Positions 17,393-27,836 of a stretch of DNA of 64,000 nucleotides are shown piece after piece; the first letter of the stretch is position 1; each line of letters starts with the position of its first letter. This DNA is from Christensenellales bacterium. Lineage in GTDB: Bacteria > Bacillota > Clostridia > Christensenellales > CALWSW01. The position numbers were made by a program, and so were the translations under genes. The stretch spans positions 607,016-671,015 of the forward strand of contig JAXGLZ010000001.1 in assembly GCA_040768925.1 (NCBI GenBank). Reading direction: 5' to 3'. The notes beneath the pieces were generated by a model. The model was not told the origin of the DNA. It worked only from the letters and a program-made list of their open reading frames with translations, and searched no databases.

Positions 17393-18526
17393 ATGAACAT
17401 CAGTCAATTCATCGTATACCTGATGGTCGTATTCATGGCCATCGCAGCCCTGGACAGGATCTTCGGCAACAAGTTCGGGCTGGGCCAGCAGTTTGAAGAA
17501 GGCTTCAACGCCATGGGCCCCCTGGCCCTGGGCATGATCGGAATCAACTGCCTGGCGCCGCTGTTGGGGGATATTCTGACCCCGTCCATCGGCCCGTTCT
17601 TTAAGCTCTTTGGCGCTGATCCCGCCATGGCCGGCACCATCATTCTCTCGATCGACACCGGTGGCTACGCCCTCGCCCACAGCATGACCAGCAACGCGGA
17701 CATTGCCAACCTTTCGGCGATCATCCTGGGTTCCATGATGGGGCCTACGCTGGCCTTCGGCATCCCCGTTCCCCTGGGCATCATTCCCAAAGACGACACG
17801 AGGTTCCTCGCCCTGGGCACGTTGGCTGGCATTATCATGATTCCCTTCGCCTGCTTCCTCGGCGGAATACTGGCGGGGTTCGACGTGCTGATGGTGTTCA
17901 AGAACCTCATTCCCATCTTCATCGTCGCGATGCTCATCGCGCTGGGTCTGGCGCTCATACCCAAGGGGATGATTAAGGGCTTCTCGATCTTTGCGAAGAT
18001 CATGATCGCCATCATCACCTTCTCCCTGGCCCACGCGATCATCTCCGAGCTGACTGGACTCACCCTCATCCAGGGCATGGCGCCCCTTTCCGAGTCCTAC
18101 GTTATCATCGGCGCCATCGCGATCATGCTGGCGGGCGCTTATCCCCTGGTCGCGGTGATCACCCGGGTGTTCAAGAAGCCGCTGATGAAGGTCGGCAAGC
18201 TGATGGGCATCAACGACGTTTCCGTCGCCGGCCTGATCGCCACCACGGCCAACAGCATCCCGATGTACAATATGGTCAAGGATATGGACAACAAGGGCAA
18301 GGTCATCAACTTTGCGTTTGTCTGCTGCGCGGCCTTTGCGCTGGGCGACCATTTGGGCTTCTGCGCCGGCGTCGCGCCGCACATGGTCATGCCGATGGTC
18401 GTGTCCAAACTAGTGGGCGGCGTCGCGTCGATCTTCGTCGCGCTGTTTGTCTGGAAGCTCAAGGCAAAGACGATTGTGGACACGTCTGCCCCGATCGCCC
18501 CGACAGAGGCGGAAGTGCCCGCCTGA
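17393..18526 (+). CDS. eutH: Ethanolamine utilisation protein EutH (ethanolamine permease)
   Basis: The polytopic membrane protein begins MNISQFIVYLMVVFMAIAALDRIFGNKFGLGQQFEEGFNAMGPLALGMIGI, typical of the EutH family. AGGAGG RBS. Confidence 0.85.
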   Translation: MNISQFIVYLMVVFMAIAALDRIFGNKFGLGQQFEEGFNAMGPLALGMIGINCLAPLLGDILTPSIGPFFKLFGADPAMAGTIILSIDTGGYALAHSMTSNADIANLSAIILGSMMGPTLAFGIPVPLGIIPKDDTRFLALGTLAGIIMIPFACFLGGILAGFDVLMVFKNLIPIFIVAMLIALGLALIPKGMIKGFSIFAKIMIAIITFSLAHAIISELTGLTLIQGMAPLSESYVIIGAIAIMLAGAYPLVAVITRVFKKPLMKVGKLMGINDVSVAGLIATTANSIPMYNMVKDMDNKGKVINFAFVCCAAFALGDHLGFCAGVAPHMVMPMVVSKLVGGVASIFVALFVWKLKAKTIVDTSAPIAPTEAEVPA

Positions 18527-18638
18527 TCCCCGTTTGAACGTCTCCTGCCGTGCCGAAGCGATTCCGCCTCGGCACGGCTTCTCTGACTGCCCCTCGCCCG
18601 GCCGCAATGAGATCCGGGCGAACTGGAAGGAATCATCC

Positions 18639-19649
18639 ATGAACTGGAAAGCCAACAAAAAATCGATCGTCATCCTGCTTGTGGTATTCGTGCTTGCTTT
18701 TGCGGCCGCCGCTTTCGACAAGGGGAGTTTTTTCGGCCTGTTCAACAGAACGGGCAGGGAGCTGGCGCCAAAAGACAGCGAGGAAACCCTTTTTTACACC
18801 AAGCTCAACGCCTGCACCTCTGAAAACGTGATCGAGCGAAGCGGGTTTGCGTTTAAAAACCAAAACGGGAACATCTCCGCCGTGGAGCTGGCATCCGGCG
18901 TGCGGGTTGACATCATCTCCCCCGAAGGGGAAAACAGTGAATATACGAAATTCAGCGAATACGTCAGCTATATTTATCTTTACGATGGGGAAGACCTCTA
19001 CCGCTGCGGGATCAACGGCGATCACAAGGTCAAGCTTGCCGAAGGCGTGCTGGATTATGAGCTGATGGGGGATTATATCTATTTCCTTCAGGAGGACAAC
19101 GGCGAAAACCGCCTGTTTCGCAGCATTCTGACAGGGTCGAACAAGAAGGCGCTTTTTGATTTTCCCGTAGAGGCCTTCCTCGCCTATGACGGCTGGCTGC
19201 TGATGAAAAAAGGCGAGGAGGGATCTTCCCAAGTCTGGCGGGAGTACAATGTGCTAACCCAGAAGAGCTTTGACCACAGATTTGACAAAGGCGCCCATTC
19301 CTTCGCGCTGGACGGCGGAGCGATCTATTACCTGACTGATGAAGCGGGCGGCGGAAGCGCCCTGTGGCGCAGGGATTTTACCACGGCCGAAGATGTGAAA
19401 GTGGCGGAGGGAAACATCGTCAAATACCGCGTCGGTTCCTCTGGGATCGCCCTTTTGGTGGGCAGCGGGGAGGGCGCGGCCGTCAAATACATCGACAAGG
19501 CAACGATGCGGGGTAAAAAGCTGGAAAAGCGAAGCTTCTCCGCCGAGGACGGGCTGGACCTTTCCGCCGAAAACATCTATGTTTCGGACGCCGGGGGCAC
19601 AACCCATTATTCCTCCGTGGAAACGGAAGAATGGAAAACGCTTCCCTGA
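18639..19649 (+). CDS. Membrane-anchored DUF5050-like beta-propeller protein
   Basis: N-terminal TM segment (SIVILLVVFVLAFAAAAF). Repeated blades of the type GDYIYFLQ / GGAIYYLTD / AENIYVSDAGG. I trimmed the track ORF to the ATG at 18639 with a GGAAGG RBS. Confidence 0.5.
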   Translation: MNWKANKKSIVILLVVFVLAFAAAAFDKGSFFGLFNRTGRELAPKDSEETLFYTKLNACTSENVIERSGFAFKNQNGNISAVELASGVRVDIISPEGENSEYTKFSEYVSYIYLYDGEDLYRCGINGDHKVKLAEGVLDYELMGDYIYFLQEDNGENRLFRSILTGSNKKALFDFPVEAFLAYDGWLLMKKGEEGSSQVWREYNVLTQKSFDHRFDKGAHSFALDGGAIYYLTDEAGGGSALWRRDFTTAEDVKVAEGNIVKYRVGSSGIALLVGSGEGAAVKYIDKATMRGKKLEKRSFSAEDGLDLSAENIYVSDAGGTTHYSSVETEEWKTLP

Positions 19650-19656
19650 AAGCGGG

Positions 19657-19689
19657 AAAAACCGGAGCCAAGCAAGGCTCCGGTTTTTT
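19657..19689. terminator. Bidirectional rho-independent terminator between convergent genes
   Basis: AAAAACCGGAGCC-aagcaa-GGCTCCGGTTTTTT. Confidence 0.8.
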
Positions 19690-19751
19690 GATGCCTTGAA
19701 GCATGGGAAAATCCGCCGGGCAAAGACCGCAGAGCTTTTTTGCGGCCTGGA

Positions 19752-20549
19752 TTATTGCGCCCGTTTTCCGATCCCGTGCCCGGCCATCATAACTTTGATT
19801 CCGCGCTGGCGCAGGCGTTCGATAAAGGCCGGGTCGGTCGCGTAGTCGGTTATGAGGCAGTCGATTTCGCTCAGGCGCAGGAAGGGTGAAATGGCGGTCT
19901 TGTTCATCTTGGAATAATCGCAGAGCACGATCACCTGAGAGGAGCACTGGGCCATGCTGCGCTCGACGTTGCCCACAAGGATGTTCGCGCTGCAAACCCC
20001 CCGCTCAATATCCACGGCGTCCGTCCCCAAAAAGGCCTTGTCGACCCGTATGCCGTCAAAAAAAGAGCCTGCGCTCGGCCCGACGATGCACCCGGTTCTG
20101 CCCCGCACGATGCCGCTGCAGACCCGCACTTCGATATTTTTGTTGTTCATCAGGGTGTTTGCGGCCACGACGGAGTTGGTCAGAACGATCGAATCCCTGA
20201 GGTCTTTGAGAAGGTGGCAAAGTTCCGCTACGGTGGAACCGCTGGCCAGGGCGATCGTATCCCCGTTTTTGATCAGGGTTCGGGCGTATTCCGAAATCTC
20301 CTTTTTTTGTGTGATGTTCAGCACGGTTTTTCGCGCGATGGGTTCGTCCCGATTGGCGTCCAGGCTGGCCGCGCCGCCGTGGGTGCGGAGCAGCAGGCCC
20401 TTTTTCTCCATATCCGTCAGGTTTTTCCGGATGGTAGAAGGCGCCATATGGAAGATTGCACAAAGCTCCGCAATGGAAACCCGCTCCCGGGTCTCCAGAA
20501 GATGAATGATGTAATCCTCCTTTTCCTTCAGAAAAGAATCGTTCTCCAT
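19752..20549 (-). CDS. DeoR/GlpR-family transcriptional regulator
   Basis: HTH ERVSIAELCAIFHMAPSTIRKNLTDMEKKGLLLRTHGGA plus a DeoR C-terminal sugar-phosphate sensor domain. I trimmed the track ORF to the ATG at 20549. Confidence 0.85.
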   Translation of the reverse strand: MENDSFLKEKEDYIIHLLETRERVSIAELCAIFHMAPSTIRKNLTDMEKKGLLLRTHGGAASLDANRDEPIARKTVLNITQKKEISEYARTLIKNGDTIALASGSTVAELCHLLKDLRDSIVLTNSVVAANTLMNNKNIEVRVCSGIVRGRTGCIVGPSAGSFFDGIRVDKAFLGTDAVDIERGVCSANILVGNVERSMAQCSSQVIVLCDYSKMNKTAISPFLRLSEIDCLITDYATDPAFIERLRQRGIKVMMAGHGIGKRAQ

Positions 20550-21071
20550 ACAATCTCTCCAATCAGTGTTGGCGCTGCGCCGCGGCAGGCAGCAATTTTC
20601 TGGAATCGCATTCAGGTGCTTGACGTCTATAAAATATATTATACAGGATTTGATACGATTCACAATGGATTGTGAAAACCATATCTAAGTATGGGAGATC
20701 CCTGTTCAAAACTGTGGGTAAATTTGCAAAAAAGTTGATCAAAACGCCAAAAATTAGCCTTAGATTAGCGAAAAGGGATTAATATCGGACAATTAAATCG
20801 TTAATTATGAACGGATTATTTGACGCGTGCAAAAGCGGGATTATATAATTTGTATGCGAAACCATTCGCACGGGTGGGGATCCGCCTGAATCGAACCAGA
20901 AGGCCCTCCGGGCAGGCCGGAACATGAGGAGCACACGGGCCGGCCCCAAAGGATCCCAAGGAGAACTGTGACCGCCTCACAGGATTCGGACAGCCGCATT
21001 GTTTGGAACAGAAACCGTGTGGAAGACGAATTTTGGCTGGTGGCAAATGCCGCCATGCAAGGAGGACGCTC

Positions 21072-21752
21072 ATGAAAAAAAGACCCGAACTGGTAGTTAT
21101 GCTTACTTATAACGACGTGACCGTCAAAGACGCCTACGATGTTTTCGAATCCTGCAAGGACCTGCCGGTCCAGCATTGGGGGTTCAAGAACGTCGGGCTG
21201 CCCAAAGACGAGATGAAGCGCGTTGTTCAGGCGATGAAAGACGTCGGAAAAACCACCTATCTGGAAGTTGTCACCTATGACGAGGATTCCTGCCTCGACG
21301 CTGCTAAAACCGCCGTTGACTGCGGATTTGACTGCATCATGGGTACGGTCTATTTCGATTCCATACACGAATTCCTAAAGCAGAACAATATTAAGTACAG
21401 CCCGTTTGTCGGCAAGGTTTCCGGCAGCCCCAGCATCCTGGAAGGCACAAACGAGGAAATCATCCAAAACGCCAGGGATCTGATGGCAAAGGGTATCGAC
21501 GCCTTCGACATCCTCGCCTACAGGCACATCATAGACGGTCAGAAGCTCGCCTATGCGTTCTGCGCCGCGATCGATGCGAAGGTTTGCATCGCGGGAAGCA
21601 TTTCGAACTTTGCACGCGTAGACATCATGTTCGACATCGGGCCCTGGGGCTTCACGATGGGCAGCGCGCTGTTCGACGGCAAATTTGTTCCGGATGGCGG
21701 CTTCAGGGCAAACCTGAAGGCGGTTTCCGACTATATGATCAACCACGACTAA
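21072..21752 (+). CDS. Uncharacterised protein, probably an aldolase/epimerase-like TIM barrel
   Basis: Alternating beta/alpha pattern (LVVMLTYND..., TYLEVVTYD, FDCIMGTVY, AFDILAYRH, VCIAGSI). No catalytic motif that I can name. GGAGGA RBS. First gene of a kinase/HAD cluster. Confidence 0.35.
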   Translation: MKKRPELVVMLTYNDVTVKDAYDVFESCKDLPVQHWGFKNVGLPKDEMKRVVQAMKDVGKTTYLEVVTYDEDSCLDAAKTAVDCGFDCIMGTVYFDSIHEFLKQNNIKYSPFVGKVSGSPSILEGTNEEIIQNARDLMAKGIDAFDILAYRHIIDGQKLAYAFCAAIDAKVCIAGSISNFARVDIMFDIGPWGFTMGSALFDGKFVPDGGFRANLKAVSDYMINHD

Positions 21753-21778
21753 ACTGTCGGAAACGAGGGGAAGGACAA

Positions 21779-23308
21779 ATGAGCAAACAGTTGTTAGTTG
21801 GCATCGATATGGGCACCAGCGCCCTGAAGGTCGCGGTATTCGACACCGCCGGAAAGCTTCAGGCGAGCGCCACCCGGGAATACTCCCTGCTTACCCCCGC
21901 GAACAACATCGTTGAAACCCCTCCGCACATCTATATGGACGCGATCAAGGCCTGCTTCCGGGCAGTCGCGGAAAAAGGCGTGGACACCATGGCCATCGCC
22001 GCCATCGGCTTTTCCGCCCAGAGCGAAACGCTGTTCTTTGTGGACGCGGAAGGCAGGGCCCTTAGGAACGCCATCAGCTGGATGGACAATCGGGCGGTCA
22101 CCCAGGCCAAGCGCATGACCGAGAAATTCACCGACGAGTATTGCTACAAAAAGACCGGCCAGGTCGGCTTCGCCCCGAACTGGCCCGCGACGAAGGTGCT
22201 CTGGGTCAAGGAAAACGAGCCGGAAGTCTTCGCAAAAACCGCGAAGATCCTGCTGATCGAGGATTTCATCATCTTCCACCTGACCGGAAAGTACGTCGCC
22301 AGCGGCGCGATGCTGACCAGCACCGAATACTGGGACATTACGACGAAGCAGTATTGGGGCGAAATGCTCGATTACCTTGGGATCACGGAGGATATGCTGC
22401 CCCAAATCAGGGAATCCGGCGAGGCCGTGGGCACCATCCTGCCGGAAATGGCAAACGAACTGGGCGTGGGCGAAAGTGTGATGATCTGCACCGGCGCGAT
22501 GGACAACGCCATGGGCGCGGTGGGGGTTGGCGCCGTGGACCCCGGGGTGTTCTCCGAAAGCATTGGCTCGTGCCTGGCGGTCTGCGTTCCGACCAACGGC
22601 ATTCATTACGACCCCAACATGCTCATGCCCGTGCACTATTACCCCATCAAGGATACGTACATGATGCACACCTTCACCACCGGGGGCATGTGCCTGCGCT
22701 GGTTCAGGGATCATTTTTGCCAGATGGAGCGCGCCGTGGCCGAAATACAGGGCACGGACAGCTACGACATGCTGACGATGGAGGCCGCCACGGTTCCTCC
22801 TGGCTGTGACGGCCTCTCCTTCCTGCCGCATATGACCGGCGCCCTTGCGCCGGACCTGAACCCCAACGCGACCGGCGTGTTCTTCGGGCTGAACCTAAAC
22901 CACAAAAAGGCCCACTTTATCCGGGCGATCATGGAATCTTTGGGCTTCCTCGTCAAGCGCAATCTGGATGCACTTTCGGACATGGGGATCGAGGTGGAGG
23001 AGGTGCGCGCCTTCGGCGGCGGTTCCAAGAGCAGGGAATGGTGCCAGATCAAGGCGGATATTCTGCAGAAGCCCATCTGCACCACCAACGTGCAGGAAGA
23101 GGCCGCCTGCCTTGGCGCGGCGATCCTTGCGGGCTATGCGGTGGGGATTTTTGACGACGTCAAGGCAGCCTGTGACAGCATGATCAAAATCGTCGGCCGC
23201 TATGAACCCAATCCCGAACATGCCGCCATTTACCAAAAGGGGTATGAGAAATACAAAAAGCTTCAGGACGACCTGAAGGAAATGTTCGAGCTCAACGCCG
23301 GGAACTAA
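21779..23308 (+). CDS. FGGY-family carbohydrate kinase (xylulokinase-like)
   Basis: N-terminus LLVGIDMGTSALKVAVFD. C-terminal VRAFGGGSKSREWCQIKADIL. Typical two-domain FGGY length (509 aa). Confidence 0.85.
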   Translation: MSKQLLVGIDMGTSALKVAVFDTAGKLQASATREYSLLTPANNIVETPPHIYMDAIKACFRAVAEKGVDTMAIAAIGFSAQSETLFFVDAEGRALRNAISWMDNRAVTQAKRMTEKFTDEYCYKKTGQVGFAPNWPATKVLWVKENEPEVFAKTAKILLIEDFIIFHLTGKYVASGAMLTSTEYWDITTKQYWGEMLDYLGITEDMLPQIRESGEAVGTILPEMANELGVGESVMICTGAMDNAMGAVGVGAVDPGVFSESIGSCLAVCVPTNGIHYDPNMLMPVHYYPIKDTYMMHTFTTGGMCLRWFRDHFCQMERAVAEIQGTDSYDMLTMEAATVPPGCDGLSFLPHMTGALAPDLNPNATGVFFGLNLNHKKAHFIRAIMESLGFLVKRNLDALSDMGIEVEEVRAFGGGSKSREWCQIKADILQKPICTTNVQEEAACLGAAILAGYAVGIFDDVKAACDSMIKIVGRYEPNPEHAAIYQKGYEKYKKLQDDLKEMFELNAGN

Positions 23309-23316
23309 ACGGCAAA

Positions 23317-23357
23317 GCGCCTGCGCGCCAAAACAAAACGGCGCGCAGGCGTGTTTT
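23317..23357 (+). terminator. Rho-independent terminator after the FGGY kinase
   Basis: GCGCCTGCGCGCC-aaaacaaaac-GGCGCGCAGGCG followed by TGTTTT. Confidence 0.7.
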
Positions 23358-23510
23358 CACAGGCGGCGGATCCTCCGACGGCAGGTCAACGGCGCAAAAA
23401 ACAATAGCGGCCCGGTCGCGGGCTCCTCTTTTTACGTTTTGGGGTTTCCCTGCGCCGAGGGATATACTATGATTAATATGGAAGAAAGATTTCAAAAAAG
23501 GAGACGCGAG

Positions 23511-24341
23511 ATGAAAACCCTGTATGTCTCGGATCTGGACGGCACTTTGCTGAACGCCAAAAAGAACATCACGCCTTATACCGCCCGGGTGCTGAACGCC
23601 TGCATCGAAAAGGGCATGCTTTTTACGGTGGCGACGGCGCGCATGGCCTATGCCTGCGATTACCGGCTGGAGGGGATCAGGCTGAGCACTCCCGGGATCC
23701 TGACCAACGGGGTGTTCCTTTATGATTTTGGCAAGCGGGAATACGTTTCGGTGGAGGAAATGGACCCCCCGCTCGTGCCGGCGGTGACCGACGCCTTTCG
23801 AAAAAACGGCTGCCCGTGCTTTTTGTATACCCTGAAGGACGGTAGGATCAGCATCTATTACAATGATGTGCGCCTGCGGGAGCAGACCCAGTATTACAGT
23901 GAAAAAGCCCTGAAAAGCTGCGAAGAGGTGGCGCTGGTTTCGGATCCTATGGAAAAAATAAAAGACGCCCGGGTGGTTTACTCCGCGCTGACGGGAACAG
24001 CGGAACAACTCGCGCCCGTTCGGCGGGATCTTGAAAAAATCCCCGGCGTTTCCTGCGCGTATTACCTGAATATTTACAATGGGATGTACTGCATCGAGGC
24101 GTTCAGCGGCTCCGCCAGCAAGAAAAGCGCCCTGAAAAAGCTTCAAAAGCTGGTGGGGTGCGACGAGCTTGTGGTTTTTGGGGATAATCTGAACGATCTT
24201 TCGATGATCGAAATCGCAGACAGGAGCTATGCCCCGGCAAACGCTCTGCCCGAGGTCAAAGAGCGGGTGACCGCCGTGCTGGAGGACTGCGACAGCGACG
24301 GCGTCGCCAAATTCCTGGCCGCGGAATGGGGGATCGGCTGA
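23511..24341 (+). CDS. Cof-type HAD-IIB family phosphatase
   Basis: Motif I VSDLDGTLL and motif IV VVFGDNLNDLSM. AGGAG RBS. I trimmed the track ORF to the ATG at 23511. Confidence 0.85.
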   Translation: MKTLYVSDLDGTLLNAKKNITPYTARVLNACIEKGMLFTVATARMAYACDYRLEGIRLSTPGILTNGVFLYDFGKREYVSVEEMDPPLVPAVTDAFRKNGCPCFLYTLKDGRISIYYNDVRLREQTQYYSEKALKSCEEVALVSDPMEKIKDARVVYSALTGTAEQLAPVRRDLEKIPGVSCAYYLNIYNGMYCIEAFSGSASKKSALKKLQKLVGCDELVVFGDNLNDLSMIEIADRSYAPANALPEVKERVTAVLEDCDSDGVAKFLAAEWGIG

Positions 24342-24411
24342 GGCAGACAAAACGGCAGAACAGGCCGCCGGTTTGCCCGGCGCCTTCCGGAATAAAAGGA
24401 GGTTTCAATAT

Positions 24412-24876
24412 ATGCAGGGAAAAGAACTTCTTGCCGCCATGGATACCCTGACCCACGGGGTTTACGTCATCGGCGCGCACACGGAAAAAGGGGATAATCT
24501 GATGACAGCGGCCTGGCTTTGCCAGGTTTCCGCACGGCCGCCGACGGTGATGGTCGCCGTGTCAAAAGGGCATTACACCGCAGAGCTGCTGCAAGGGGGC
24601 GGGCGGTTTTCCGTCAGCGTGCTCACGCCGGAACAGAAGGACGTCGCCCTTTTTTGCGGAAGGGTCAGCGGAAGGGAGAAAAACAAGCTCGAAGGCGTGA
24701 AGGTGGAATTCCTGGAAGGCGGCCTGCCTTTTGTAAAAAACGCCGCCGCGTACCTGGCTTGCGAGCTGCGGGATTCCTTTGAGGTTACGGATCACGTGCT
24801 TTTTGTGGGCGAGGTCGTTTTTGGCCGGGCTTTTTCCCAAGAAACGCTGCGCTATGGCAGGAAAGCGTTTTCCTGA
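24412..24876 (+). CDS. Flavin reductase family protein (FMN-binding split barrel)
   Basis: GVYVIGAHTEKGDNLMTAAWLCQVSARPPTVMVAVSK...HVLFVGEVV. AGGAGG RBS. Confidence 0.8.
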   Translation: MQGKELLAAMDTLTHGVYVIGAHTEKGDNLMTAAWLCQVSARPPTVMVAVSKGHYTAELLQGGGRFSVSVLTPEQKDVALFCGRVSGREKNKLEGVKVEFLEGGLPFVKNAAAYLACELRDSFEVTDHVLFVGEVVFGRAFSQETLRYGRKAFS

Positions 24877-24959
24877 GTTCAAACGAAGGCCCTTGCTCCC
24901 CGAAAAACAGGGTGAACCGCCGGGCGCTTCGCGCCGCAAAAGCAGATGATCAAGCAGTC

Positions 24960-25005
24960 AAAAGCCGCGCCTTTTTGAAATCCGGAGCAAAGGCGCGGCT
25001 TTTTG
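24960..25005. terminator. Bidirectional-looking terminator hairpin
   Basis: AAAAGCCGCGCCTTT-(14 nt)-AAAGGCGCGGCTTTTT. Confidence 0.65.
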
Positions 25006-25222
25006 GTTTGCGTGCGGCAGGACTCCGCCATTTAGAAAAAGCCCGCCCGGCCGTCACAAACGACGCGCATAAAAGGATTGCCTTTTTTGCATCCGTATGC
25101 GTTAATGATTGCACCGAAAGAAAATGGGGCCAAAAGGCAGTGGCCCGGGGCAAAACAATGCTCTATAATGGTGCTAGCCTGCGCTTCGCCGCATGCAAGA
25201 AACGCGAACCGAGGTCAAATGA

Positions 25223-25957
25223 ATGGAAAACCCGCTGAAGACTGCAATTTGCGAAGACCGGCCGGAAGACGCCGCGCTGCTGGTGGACTATATTTCCCGA
25301 AGCGGTATCGCCGCGGCGTGCGAGGTCTTTCCGTCCGGAGAGGAGCTGCTGAACGGCTTCTTTGCGGGGCGGTACGATCTGATCTTTCTGGATATTTACA
25401 TGCAGGGCATGCGGGGGATCGACGCCGCGGAAAAAATCCGGGAAAAGGACGAAAGCGTCGTCCTCGCGTTTACCACCACGAGCAGGGACCACGCCCTGGA
25501 AAGCTATCGCCTGGGGGCGCTCAAATACCTAGAAAAGCCGGTGAAGGCGGCCGAAGTCAAGCAGGCCCTTTCTCTTGCGCGGGCGAACCGCTCGTCCGCG
25601 GCCTATATTTCCGTCATGGCCGGGGGAAAAAAGACGGACATTCCCATCAACAGCATCCTCTACTGCGAGCAGCAGAACCACGCCGTGACCCTCAACACCG
25701 AAGGCGGGCCGCTGCGCGCCAGCCAGTCCGTCAAGCTGTCCGCCATCGAGCCGCTGCTGCCCAGCCCGCCGTTTTTGCGCTGCCACCAGAGCTATGTGGT
25801 GAATTTGCGCTACGTCGAAAAACTGGACCGGGAAATGCGCACCTTTACCATGAAAAACGGGGGAACGGTGTACATCCGGCGGCAGGACATCAAAAAAACC
25901 GCAGAAGCCTACGAGGATTACCTCTTTTGCACGGCAAGGAACGCGCGGGATGATTAG
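25223..25957 (+). CDS. LytTR-family (LytR/AlgR) response regulator
   Basis: Receiver domain (ICEDRPEDAALL...LIFLDIYMQGMRGID) plus a LytTR DNA-binding domain (ILYCEQQNHAVTLNT...FLRCHQSYVVNLRYV). The stop is TAG and overlaps the kinase start. Confidence 0.88.
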   Translation: MENPLKTAICEDRPEDAALLVDYISRSGIAAACEVFPSGEELLNGFFAGRYDLIFLDIYMQGMRGIDAAEKIREKDESVVLAFTTTSRDHALESYRLGALKYLEKPVKAAEVKQALSLARANRSSAAYISVMAGGKKTDIPINSILYCEQQNHAVTLNTEGGPLRASQSVKLSAIEPLLPSPPFLRCHQSYVVNLRYVEKLDREMRTFTMKNGGTVYIRRQDIKKTAEAYEDYLFCTARNARDD

Positions 25958-27836
25958 CCGGATCGCCCGGGGCGCGGCGGCGCTGGGCTGCGCGTTTTTA
26001 GCCGCCGCGCTGGTTTACCTGATTTTGACGCCGATGCAGTACAAATTAAGCGCGCTGGCCGCGCCCCGGCCCGCACGCGGCATCGCCGACGTGTTTTACG
26101 AAACCGGGACCGGCGAAGGGGGCGCGCTACGCCTCCCCGCAAAGCTGAACGGGCTTGCGCCGCGCACCGCGGTCACATAGTTTGCCGAAGTCGCGGCGGA
26201 ACCGGGCGAAAGCCTGCTCATCAAATCGGTGTTCGCGCCGATGCGGGTGTTTTTGGACGATGCGCTCGTTTATTCCTGCGGGCAGGAAGGGAGCTATCCC
26301 GCCTATATGAACGACCCGCCCACCATCCTTTCGGAAATTCCGCTGCCGCAGGAAGGCGGCGTTTTTCGCCTGCGGGTGGAATACCGCTCCCCCACCCAGC
26401 GGAGCGAGCTTTCCGTTCCCGTGATCCTGGCGGGCAGCAAGGACGCCCTGCTGACCAGGCAGTTCCAAAACGAGGGGTTCCCCTTTCTTTTTTCCCTTTT
26501 TCTGATCTTTCTGGGCGTCATGATGGCCCTGATTTCCTTCGGCCTGATCTGGCGCGCCCAGGCGGGGACGGTCTTTTTGTGGCTGGGGCTTTTTTCCCTG
26601 GCTTCGGGCGTCTGGGGGCTGGGGGAATGCGATTTTTCCGCGCTTTTGATGCCCTGGCCCTCGCTGCTTTACGCGATGTCCTATTTGGGCCTGTTCACCG
26701 TCATCATTCCCTTTCTGCGCTTCGGGCTGATCGTGCTCAACCCGAAAAACAGGCTGCCCATGCAGGTCATGCTCTGGGTGAACGGCTTGTCCGTGGGCGC
26801 CGCCGTGCTGCTTCAGCTCACCGGGCTGGTGGATTTCACAAGGAGCCTGTTTTGGTTCCACATCGTCGCGCCTTTTGGCTTTTTCGTGTTTGCCGTCTGC
26901 TTGGTCTATGAGGGCGTCCGAAGGAAAAACGCCGCGGCAAAGCGGTTTGCCCCGTCCATCCTCATGCTGGTCGCCTCCGTCCTCTTGGAGCTGCTGAATT
27001 ACCGGCTGCGCCTGGTGGGGCAGTTCACGCTGTTTTTCCAGCTGGGGGTGCTGGCTTTTGTGCTGTCCCTCGGGGTGGCCAGCGGGTATTATGTTCGGAG
27101 TTCCCTGCAAACCGCGGCCGAGCGGGACCGCCTGGAATTCGAAATGGCCGCCATGGGCCGCCAGCTGACGCTGCAAAGGCTGCAATACCGCAAGCTGGCG
27201 GAAAACGACGCCGCCGTCAAGGCCCAGCGCCACGATCTGCGGCACCAGCTGGCGGTGCTGCGCAAGCTGAACGAAAGCGGGGAGCGGGACAAGCTGGGCG
27301 GCTATATCGACACGCTGATCGGCAAAATCCCCGGCGAACAGGGGGCCGTCCTGTGCGAGAATTACGCGGTGAACGCCGTTGCCGCCCATTATTGCGCGAT
27401 GGCCGAAAAAACCGGCGCGGAGGTTTCCGTCCGCCTGGTTGTGCCCAAAGAGATCGGCCGCGTTTTGGAAAGCGACCTGTGCGTCATCGCGGGCAACCTT
27501 CTGGAAAACGCCGTGGAAGCCTGCCGCCGGATGGAGGGGGGCAGGCGGTTCATCCGCATGGAAAGCCGCCTGCAATACGGCACGCTGACGATCGTGATGG
27601 ACAACAGCGATCCCGGCGGCACAGAGCGGCAAAACGGCGTATTCCTTTCCAGCAAGCGGGAGGGGGCGGGCGCCGGCCTTTCTTCCGTGGCGGCCGTCGC
27701 CCGGCGGTACGGCGGCGCGGCCAGGTTCGAATCAAAGGACGGGGTCTTTCTTTCTTCGGTGTATATCCGGCTGGACGAAGGGGACGAAGCGCGGAGCGAA
27801 ACGGGCGAGGAGCAGCATGCCGGCCCAAACAGATGA
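25950..27836 (+). pseudogene. 7TM-receptor sensor histidine kinase (AgrC/LytS-like GHKL core), interrupted by an in-frame TAG at 26178-26180
   Basis: Track ORFs 25950..26180 and 26229..27836 are in the same frame. The N-terminal TM helix and periplasmic domain continue straight across the TAG. Seven TM helices follow, then the H-box QRHDLRHQLAVL and the GHKL ATPase (NLLENAVEA...GAGLSSV). A GTG restart is possible at 26229. Confidence 0.7.

Noticed and set aside
26178-26180. Genome-wide reassignment of TAG (pyrrolysine or another sense reading) as the explanation for three in-frame ambers.
   Set aside because: TAG also terminates four genes at lengths that fit their families (4164 cytochrome lipoprotein, 25957 LytTR regulator, 47319 GntR, 58196 Tmk-like). 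No pyl genes and no tRNA-CUA are in the window. One of the three genes also has frameshifts. Mutation or sequencing error is more parsimonious. I kept this only as a low-probability alternative in the findings.
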